DNA of 64,000 nucleotides from Auanema rhodensis (lineage: Eukaryota > Animalia > Nematoda). The translations under genes and the position numbers were made by a program. Positions within the stretch are counted from its first letter, which is position 1. The number at the start of each line of letters is the position of its first letter. The notes beneath the pieces were generated by a model. It ran no database searches. It saw nothing but the letters and a program-made list of their open reading frames with translations, and was not told the origin of the DNA. The DNA lies in the NCBI GenBank assembly GCA_964057225.1, contig OZ059895.1, positions 14,570,001 to 14,634,000 of the forward strand, read 5' to 3'. Below are positions 54,061 to 64,000 of this stretch, in pieces.

Positions 54061-54292
54061 CAAATACAAAAAAAACAAGAATTAGAATGAATTATTTGAA
54101 TTTTTAAAAATACAAGCAAGTTATTGAGAAACAAAATTTATATTCATAAGAAAATTTGTGCACAATTCGTATTAAACGGCCAAAAATACAAATTTATCTA
54201 TACCACATTATATTAGTTATATTATAAAACTGTGTTTTAGGAAACGGTAGTTAAGAAGTATATATCAATACGATTAGTGAAATATCAGTTTT

Positions 54293-55763
54293 TTACAATA
54301 AGAAATAATCATCCTTGCTTTGGGAATTCTCTAAGTTTCCAGGAGAGTTTATCATAATTTTTTCATCTTGTTCAGATGGCCTTGTTGTTCGATGATATGT
54401 ACAATTAGCTTCCTGCAAAAAGAATAACAACAGAAATATATTTAAAGCCAAATAAACTGTTTACCATAGGTATATTTCGTGTCTGAGACCATTGTTTATC
54501 ATTGAACATTTGTACAACATCATATTGTAAGTTTAGGGCTGTAACTACACGACTCAAATTCATTGCAACTGAAAAAAAAAACTTTTTTTTCTGAGCATAT
54601 ATGAGCATTTGATTTACCGTGCGCAATATCCTCATGAGCAGCACAATCTTTCAGCCGATTCATGATTCGATCTACGACGTCAGTTATTATATTTACACGA
54701 TGAAGTTCTCTCCAAAATGATACAGGATCTGAAATTGATGACAAAATAATTAGATTTAAAGCTTATTTTTCTCATTACCAATATGTAACAAATTCATAAA
54801 TTGTTGATCAGGGGAATTGATCATACTAGAAAAATCACCGATTCCTAAATCATACGTGATTGTAGTATTATTATTATTATTTAAAATATTGCTATGCGGA
54901 ACATTTTCTGCTGGGAAAATAGATACAGTCCCGCTATCTAAGTTAGATATACTATTAGGACTTAGGAAAAAGGTGTTGCCTGAATAACTTCCTATAATTC
55001 AGTAAATAAGTAGATAAATAAATAAATAAAATACTATACCAATAGGAATGGAAAGTGATGGTAGAGGTACAGGAGTCTCATTAAAAGCGGAATGCTTTGA
55101 TTTCGATCTCAAATATTCGTACGTAATTTGTAAACGAAGAATATATTTTTACCTTAAATCAGATGGTCGGCCTTTCATATGATTTCGGCTTTGGCATTTC
55201 AAAGAACAAAAATCTTGATGATTAAAATAGTCAATCAATCCAAGTTCCATTAACATTCTGTAATTGGGTAATATAATGATTTAATGAATGTTTTACCTGA
55301 TGCTTCGCTTTCCTACGCGAATACTGCCTTTCCAATCTTTTTGTCTATCTTTACAAGCTCTGATGGTAAAATCTTTTGGGCTAACCATGTCAGTAGTGCC
55401 ATCTATCTGTATACAATGCTGATGTATTCCAGGACAAAGAAACATTCGAAAATGTAATTTTCCTGTCAACATTCCACATGTTACCTGTAAAATACGAATA
55501 AAAACAAAATTATACAAATGAAAAAAATTTGTATACATCAAGCACATCATCTGATCGGAATTGATGATGATTAGAACTAATGGGAGAAGCTGTTCGGAAT
55601 TTCAACTAAAATTTTAATATTAATCTACCGTATGCTATTTTAGTAATTAAATTCGAACCTCAAGTATATCTGATTGTGGAGCATCATTTTCTTCGAGCGA
55701 GTTTCTTCTAGATCTATCCAATGGCTCCGTTTTCACCAAAAATGGTGGATTCCATAAACTCAT
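54293..55763 (-). CDS. SAND-domain (KDWK) transcription factor, GMEB-like
   Basis: VTCGMLTGKLH...CPGIHQHCI...SPKDFT...KDRQKDWKGSIR, followed by H..C...C. Confidence 0.88.
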
Positions 55764-56383
55764 ACTGAAAAATAGTTTGACGTGAGAAAAGAAAATTCCA
55801 CACGTGTAACTTCAAATTTCAACAAAAATCATTTGAAATCCACGTTTATGCCATGAAGCGTTCTTTTGATTAGAAATTAGCATACGAAATGAGATATTCT
55901 AATTAGTATATTTACTATTTTACTGATAAACGCACAGAAATAAATAACATAAATTTCTACTATAAATCAAAGAATATTATTGTTTATGAATTTTAATTAT
56001 TATTATTGTTGTTGTTGTTGTTAAAACTTAAGTTGCTTTGTAAGCATTGCTTCTTATAATCTATTTTACTTATACATGTTCTTAATTAAAGTTTATTGTG
56101 AATTAATAGAAATAAGATGTTAATATTACAATTTGGTTTAATAATTGAAGTAAGATCACAGATAACAACAGTAAGGCTTAGTTCATACTTTCTCATCTCA
56201 GAGACCATAAAGTGGAGATCTTCATCCAGCTGTAGTTTCTGGCAATTATCTGGGCATCTTGGATGCCACTTTGTTGTATGGTTCATGAGAAACCATTAAT
56301 GGCTGATTGTGTGATCTTTGATCCAGGTGCTTTCTATTCACAAGATGAGCTGGTGGAGGAATTCGTCGAACGAACTGAAGCGT

Positions 56384-57019
56384 TCAATGTATTCTTAAAC
56401 ATGTATTGTGCAAAAATCTTACAATGCTCTTTCTGATGATGGCTTCATCTGTGTCTGGTTCGAAGTACTGAAATCTCAAGACTCGTCCTCGGCAGAGAAT
56501 ACATCTTATCACCACACCATCAGTAACAACACTATCATCCTTAAGAACATATGATTGCATTAAGCTGTTTGTATCATTATTGATATACCAATAATGAGTT
56601 TATGACGATAGTAGCTGAGCAACTTCGGCATGTAGCATGATGTCCACAAGGCTGAGCAACACATGTTGCTTCCCGTTCCATGCAAATTGAACATTCCTCT
56701 CCGACAGGAACGGGTGGAAGTATTTCCTTAGCACACGAATCAATTAATCTTTTCTAAATGAAATTATAAGATGAGAAGCATGTTGTTTTCAACATCTCAC
56801 CATTCGGAGTATTCTATCTACTCTCATAAACATATGCAAACGTGGACATTTTCCGAACAGATAAGCTTCAACGTTCGGTATTCTATCTCCATTGTCCAGA
56901 AGTCTTGTATTACAATCTTCAATAATTCTACCTTCCAAATTTTTGTACAAATCCTGTCTATTGATACATCCAAAGTATTTTCTAATGCGTGTATAAGTAC
57001 GTTTGAGTAAATCCAACAT
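56384..57019 (-). CDS. C3HC4 RING-finger protein
   Basis: After removing two short introns: CSICMEREATCVAQPCGHHATCRSC...RCILCRG. Confidence 0.7.
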
Positions 57020-57350
57020 TTCTGAAATAATTGAAACTTCTGATGCAATTTGATGTTCGACAGATTCAACGTATATATTCGTTGATAGATTCACACAGAT
57101 AATACTGTAATTCTCGTTAATATTTTTTATGTTTCCATTAAATATATGTATATACAAACATATAATTATTTTCTTTGAAGAGAAAAAAAGAAGAAGAAGA
57201 AAAAACTTGGCGAATGATGCTTTAGGGTTCATCTTTTATGAAATTTCGATGATGATGTTGATGAAAGATGAACAAACAACTTGATTTAGATTCGATATTA
57301 TCGTAGCGTAGTCAATTTCAAAGTCCAAAATATTAAATCAATCATGTCTA

Positions 57351-57395
57351 GTAAGTAGTAATAGTTAACTAATTTAGTTAACTATTACTACTTAC
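57351..57395. repeat. Perfect palindrome, 22-bp arms, 1-nt centre
   Basis: GTAAGTAGTAATAGTTAACTAA-T-TTAGTTAACTATTACTACTTAC. Confidence 0.95.
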
Positions 57396-59417
57396 ATGAA
57401 AAAAAAATTTAAACATTTTTTGAATTTTACACAAAATTTTGAATTTGAAAAAAAAAAAAACAGACGAGTTTTCAACTGAATGCTGTGCAAAAGATGATAT
57501 TTCTGAGTAAAATCATGAAGTTGATAAACTGTGATCATTGACCATTATATAGGAATCTATTTTGTTTTTTTTTTTTTTAATTTTTCAAAATATTTATCCG
57601 AACATCTCAAACGGTACTAAACTCTTGGAAACTATTATGTAGAATTGAAGAAGATAAGAACTATACAAAGCAAACGAAACTTGCTTTTAGATGCCGTTTG
57701 ACTAGACGGGCGATAAACTTCTCATCATGAGAACTTGATAATGAGGCGGCTATTGATGAATGAAGTATTCAAAAGAAAACTAATAGGATTTATGAATATA
57801 AAACAGTAACATATCTTAATTGAAATAAGATTAATGTACTTATAGATAGTGAAATATGTCTTGATTCATCATTCAAAAGTGTCAATGTTGAAAGAGTTGC
57901 AACATGAGAAAGCTTTATAACTTGATAATCATCTTCGAATATCAGTATTATTCAAAATGATAGAATTAATACATATTTGTATGGAAAAAAAGAATTGTAT
58001 TCAAAAATCATATAAGGAAGAAGACGATCACGCTACATCAGCGGTAAAGAGAATGGAAATGAGAATGTTCTCCTCGAACACATTACTATGTTTTCAAATT
58101 TCTTTCATAAAAGGTTATACTGCTTATTCATTCCCATCTTTCTTGTTGTTTTTTTTTTCGTTTAAATGTCTAATTATTAATATTTTGATTATAATGACTA
58201 ATAATATACGTAGATTATTCAGCTTTTTAACCTTTTTTTAGTTCATTTACGTATTTCATTCAGAACTTTTTTCAGGAAAAACTCCAACATGATGAACATG
58301 CTAAACCTTTTTATGTTTGTAAAGTTTAAACTCAATACTTTTCCAATGACTCATTTCAACACATTCAATATCTTTAGCAATTTTTGTTCCAGAATTTATG
58401 ACTTATGTTCTAAATTTATAATTTTTTTATTTCGTTGGAGGAGTGAAAAGTGATGGAGGTGGTACGTGAAGACGGAAAGAGATCTCAATGATGTGACACC
58501 GTCAGTAAATGATGTGAAATTTTAATTTTATAACAAAGTGCATACTAAAAATAGTTTTTTTTTAAAAATATTTTATATAAATAAAAAAAGAATAAATATC
58601 AATATATATATATATTGTATATTATCATTTTTTTATGTTTTAAAGAGGTTAGATGAAAAGAGACGACGCAATTTAACAGACAATGGCGACGAGAAAGTGA
58701 TATATGTATGTATGACGTCGACAGGATGTGAAATGAAAACATAGTCATGTAGGAAGTTGCGATCAAAGTTGATCAAAACGTTATAAGAAGAAGAAGAAGT
58801 TATAGATAGATAGATAGATAGATATAGGTATGAAAACCTTGAAAAATGGAACCCTTTCTCTCTCTTTCTCTCTCTCTCTCTCTCTTAGCCCTGAACTAAA
58901 TAGTATTTATTCATTTAGAGTGTTGTCTTCATCTGATACTTTCCCATGTTCCTTGGAATACTGAATTTCGACAAATTTCAAATATGTATGATGACTAACT
59001 ATGTGAAAGTTAGTTTGAGTTGTTAGCTAACTATATCAACTAAATATAAATTGATAATTTGGTTTTGTTTTTTTGGATTTTACACAGCGTGCATAAAGGA
59101 AAAGTAGAGCACATGCAATCTTAGGATAAGTAATCTCTCTCTCTCTCTCTCTCTCTTTCTTCTCTGTCCCTCTTTAGGAAATCTAAACAATAATAGTTCA
59201 AGTGTTTCATTTTTATATTAAAAACTATGAAAACATAGATCAAAATACTAAAAATAAGTTGTATTAATGTCGTCATTACTGAGTATATCTGATGATCATT
59301 GTGACATGAATTCAAATTTAATTGTACCAGATATCCGTATATAAGCTGGAAGGAGGAGGCTGACAGGCTGAATGCTCAAGCACAACAACCATGTCGATGA
59401 CGTTTGTGTTGCTGATG

Positions 59418-59419
<2 letters not shown>

Positions 59420-59471
<52 letters not shown>
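59420..59471. repeat. (CT)n microsatellite (others near 58856, 59133 and 60103)
   Basis: Direct observation. Confidence 0.95.
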
Positions 59472-59472
<1 letters not shown>

Positions 59473-59626
59473 GTGCTACTTCTTGGGAGGGTGGAGGATA
59501 AAGAAGATAAGCAATGTGGGTTCTGGAGTGTGGGTGTCGTATGGAATCAGATCACATCCTCCTTTTGTTCGTTCTGCCCATTCTCCTCAGCATCCTCCCT
59601 GGCATCATGTCTCATTGTATTAGCTA

Positions 59627-60100
59627 ATGGTGTTTAGTTATTTTGCTCTCACTTTCTTTTACCTCATCTTTGCATAAACTGCTAAAACTTGGCTCATTTT
59701 CGTCATCACTTCAAATCTTATAGGTCATTTCCACATGGCTGATTTTTCCCAGCTTGCTTCTCAGCATTCTAGCTTTAAGCTCTATGTATGTGTTACTACC
59801 ACCTTGCAAGTCATTGAATCCATCGTACCTACGAGAAAGTAAACGTTGTATCTTGATCATCTAGCCGTCATCCTATTTCCATGAATGTCATTTAGCTGCA
59901 TATCGGAGTATTGGACCTTTCGTTTGGTCTATGAATTTTTCAAACATTTGACCCGTCTTTGACGTCATTACATTAAAATGTGCACACACATTCATACTTC
60001 ATATCATCCGAATAAGTATATTGTATCATATCGTATTGTACGATTATGATTTTCAATGAATTCATGTATATTAAGAGGGAGAATGAGAGGGAATGGTTCG

Positions 60101-60133
<33 letters not shown>

Positions 60134-61155
60134 CACGGAGAGAAATTGTGAAAGAAAGCTCCGGACTTCGTATCAGCTTCTCATAGTCGTGTTGTACTTC
60201 AGCTATCATTATTTGTATCTTCTCTTAACTTACTCATATATCTAATATATACATTTTTGCAGATAATGCAATACAGTTTTGGCGCAATTAGTCTTCAACC
60301 AACATTTTCTACACTTCGAGGTATATAGTTAGCATAATTAGTAAGGTAAATAAAATAGTTTATAGTTCGATTGAATGTATTACTCGTAATTATCATACTT
60401 TACGCTGTAAAAGATGTTCAAGCAGGCCCACATTTTGTTGCACTTCGTTCGGAATCATCGAATAACTGTCGAGTTAGTTCAATAATGACATATTACAAAA
60501 ACTTTAAATTATATTCAGGTTTATTCAAAACCAGCCTTACATGAAGCTCTTGATAGAATTTGTTCAATGTGCCACGAGATGTTTTCCCATAACCGTCCAA
60601 ATATGAGAGCAGAATGCCGATCAAAATGCTTCAGAAATGAGCATTTTCGGTAAGATATTTACATATAATTAAGTTAAAAATAATATATTTTATTCTTGTA
60701 GATTATATAATAATTTTTAAAAATATTCTTAATATATTTAAAAGTTTGAGTTAAATATTGAAAAGATAGTTAAGCTTCAGTATCATATAGGATTAAAAGT
60801 AATAACATTTCTGCTCAATAACTCACTATGGCTTATATTTATCTGATTCAACTTTGAACATACACAAAAATAGTACTGAAAATGCTTATATACAACCGTT
60901 TATCTCTGATTCTCAAATAAAAATGAGTTTTAACCATGTTTACGTGCTTTCACGTGTGTTATTCTAATGACGTTGAAACGCTTTTGTCAGCTAATCCGCA
61001 TGCCAGAAAAGCATTTATTTCTTTTCAAGACAAGCCATTTCTAATCTAAATAGTAAAACTTTTTTTTTTCTAATTTCAGGGGATGTTTGAGTGTATTTGC
61101 TCCAGGTATATCAGTGAACATGTTTGGTGCAGCAGGACATCCCGGATCCGGATAA
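59627..61155 (+). CDS. CHH/MIH/ITP-family neuropeptide precursor; first exons tentative
   Basis: NCRVYSKPALHEALDRICSMCHEMFSHNRPNMRAECRSKCFRNEHFRGCLSVF has the six-Cys CHH pattern; candidate signal exon VISTWLIFPSLLLSILALSS. Confidence 0.85.
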
Positions 61156-61998
61156 TTGTATTTCATCTTGTATTATTATGTTTTTATTTGGCTAAAAATA
61201 GAATTACGGGTTTTTAATCGTTTTATTTTTTATTTAAAAAAAAAAAATATATATATATATATATTGTTCAAATTTTATATACTATACCCTATAATTTTAA
61301 TAGTATAAAATAATAAAAAAAATTAATAAACAGTTAATAGAAAAAAAAATTGAGAAAAAAACCAGTTTTTTTCGAGCTACGTATGTATGTTCAATCATAT
61401 CAAATAATGATAAATGCCCCTTAATTCATCATAAATATTATAGAAAAGAAATGATCATTTTTCAAATTTCTTAATTAATCTTTCATAATGTAAAAGAAAA
61501 TAAAAGAAAAGAATAAAGAAATTCTTTTTATCTAAAAATTAAAAGTTTTTTTTTATAAAATTATATAAATAAAATAAAATTATATATAGTATATATAGTA
61601 TATAGTATATATAAATAAATAGAAATATCTTCTTTTCTTTTATTTTCTGCTTTTTGTTGTTGTTGTTGTTTTTTTTTTTGAGAACATAAACGAACAACGA
61701 GGTTAAGCAATGAGATGCTCTTCTGTTCCTACTCTACATGTATTAGAAAGATTAGCATCTGTTTCATATGTATTTATAGAATTATTTAGATTTTTAGTAA
61801 AGAAAAAAATAAAAATAAAAGGATATCTTTAGAAATATTAAATATAAATGTTATATATTTAACTATATTGTAGTTTATAGAAAACCCTTTTTTTTTCGTA
61901 AACTTTTAATTAATTATGTGTAATTCTTTGAATCTTTTTATTTATTTGAAAAAAGAATGTATTGTTTAATGATTAAAATACAAGAGAGAGATATATAT

Positions 61999-62008
61999 AG
62001 AGAGAGAT

Positions 62009-62055
<47 letters not shown>
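61999..62055. repeat. (GA)n microsatellite
   Basis: Direct observation. Confidence 0.95.
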
Positions 62056-62059
<4 letters not shown>

Positions 62060-64000
62060 TTAGTAAGTATAGTACAGGTGAGAAAAGAATGAATTACATC
62101 TCGTAACTGATGGAATTTTTGTGGAAAAAAGTTCTTTCACTGGAATTCTTGGCTTTAAAAGTTTTTTTTTGTTTTATTTGGTATTGAAATATCATCATAT
62201 ATGACATGTATTAGAATGTTCATCTTTGAATATCTTCCCCCCCCCCACCATCCTTCTCTCTCTCTTTCTCTCTCTTCTACTTCGTCGTCTGTGATGACCA
62301 GACTGGTCTTATCAAGATAATTAAGCCAAAACCACGTGTTGTCCATGTGTATTTTTTCTGATTTCTAGAAAACAAATAAGGAAATCACTTGCTTCCGAGT
62401 AACTACATCGAATTACAAAGATTGTTGAACATAAATCATTTTTGAATAGTTTACATCTTCCTTAAACTTATATTTAACTAGATTTATCTTTTAAACTTTT
62501 TTCTTTTAAAACTTTGTACATGAAACAATAAATGATTGAGTATTTTTCATTTCTTATATGGTAAATCTTATAAACTTTGGGAGAAAAAATACAGAAACTA
62601 TGCTGGAACCATGTATGTGATCAGCAGATCAGAATCACACACACACACATACTGAAACTCAATTGACGATATCCAAGAAGGCTGAAAGCTGGGATAAAGC
62701 AATAATTTTTGATAAAATATTCCTTTTTTTCAGAAGATATTGAGCTCAATTAGATGATATTTCATTGATCAGATCCGTTTATTCAGATGGAAATGAGATA
62801 AAATGGTTTTATTGATAGGAAATGCCATGTGCTGATGATGTTAGTTGTCTAGAAATACATATCTGGGGTCTGTGAATTCTCAATATATCTGAATTTTCTT
62901 TCCAGTTCTGTTCTTGTTGGCCTTTATTCTGAGATAATTTATCAATGTCAGTTCGTTCAGCAACCTAACCAAGCCTACTTCTCCTTCGAATTCACATTCT
63001 TCTCAGGTGTCTGCTATTTCTGCTGATTCTCTTGTTGCTGTTAGCATTGCTGCTGATGTGTCTGCTGATGCTGCTACTGCTGCTGCTGATGTTGCTGCGT
63101 TTTCTTCAAATGCATCTCTCATCTGAAGTCCTGACAACTCATGGCGACAACTATGATGGCGTGGCTGATGATGACGAGATGTTCAATCGACCACAATACT
63201 CTCCATTAAAATAAATTTTACTACCAACTGCATCCGTCATTTGCTGCGTTCATGTCGTTGTCACTGTCGTCGTCACGGATTTCTGTATTTACAACGTGTC
63301 GATGAAATCGTCCAACTCTACTTCACGTGGTTTACTTATAACAAGAAGATAATGAACTGCATCAGTTCTTTTAGTAAATTGGGAACAAAAATGTATTTGC
63401 AAATCTGCATACCGTCTTTTCGTGTTAGAAAAGAAGTTTCAAATTTGATATTTCATCGAACAACTACATCTGTCATGTCGGACACCGCTCACGAATCAGT
63501 TTGTTGCCAAAAAAACTATCTTTCGGTCTACCGAGCAATTTAGCCTGAAACTTAACTTCAGCTCAGCCTTATTACACGCAGAATCAAGGTAAGGTATGGT
63601 TATCCGTTATAGCTGTCTCAAAGATTCCGAAGAAGGCTCCATCGTTGAGCCGACCTGATTGTCTACTTCTGGAGACAAATGTCAATTAATTATCAATATA
63701 CGCAAATAGGCGTAGCCGTGTGATTCCACTTTCATTGAAACGTAGTTCAATTCAGCGCCGACTGATTGAACCCTCATCACGTGAAGAATGTTGGACGTGG
63801 ACGGAGATGACGACAATGTCTCACAGAAAGTTGGATAGACATAGAGAGGGTGGGGATGGGGCTGATGGGCTGGGTCTGAGAGTTGGGTTGGGGGCAGCCC
63901 ATTTCTGGCTGGTAGTCTATCGTCTTACCCAGCCCTAAATCTACCCATTGCCATATAAATATATTATCTAGATATTGATAATGGTTATATATACGGGTCT

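Noticed and set aside
59121-60209. ORFs with ERERER/SLSLSL runs
   Set aside because: Translations of GA/CT microsatellites
62700-63940. GC-richer coding-like region with (GCT)n runs
   Set aside because: No consistent spliced ORF or family could be built on either strand; it may belong to a gene extending beyond the window

Overview
AT-rich eukaryotic genomic DNA from a nematode, probably a rhabditid. Evidence: ~45-50 nt introns, TTTTCAG acceptors, the canonical SL1 leader and serpentine chemoreceptors. The window has about 22 intron-containing genes (gene models spliced by hand, so boundaries are approximate): cytospin-like CH protein, SLC46-type MFS transporter, chemoreceptor, HLH-like protein, CMC2, TSPAN13/31-like tetraspanin, coq-8, unc-16/JIP3, NATD1, glod-4, HIBADH, har-1/CHCHD2, C1GALT1-like protein, secreted EF-hand protein, a divergent Rpt2 paralog, RGP1, lias-1, MIF4G-like, SAND, RING and a CHH/ITP-family neuropeptide. 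Several lie in operon-like same-strand clusters. Most notable non-routine features: (1) a five-copy SL1 RNA gene array with no 5S rDNA (11.7-13.6 kb); (2) a fold-back mosaic at 20.0-22.0 kb built from inverted fragments of the adjacent unc-16, the coq-8/unc-16 intergenic DNA, coq-8 and tetraspanin, fused to a ufd-3/PLAA pseudogene, with potential to produce hairpin dsRNA or chimeric transcripts; (3) a solitary intronless ORF with BEL/Pao Gag-type zinc knuckles; (4) an Rpt2 paralog lacking the pore-loop aromatic residue; (5) a possible Id/Emc-like HLH protein with no basic region; (6) a perfect 45-bp palindrome where the gene-dense region gives way to a microsatellite-rich one.
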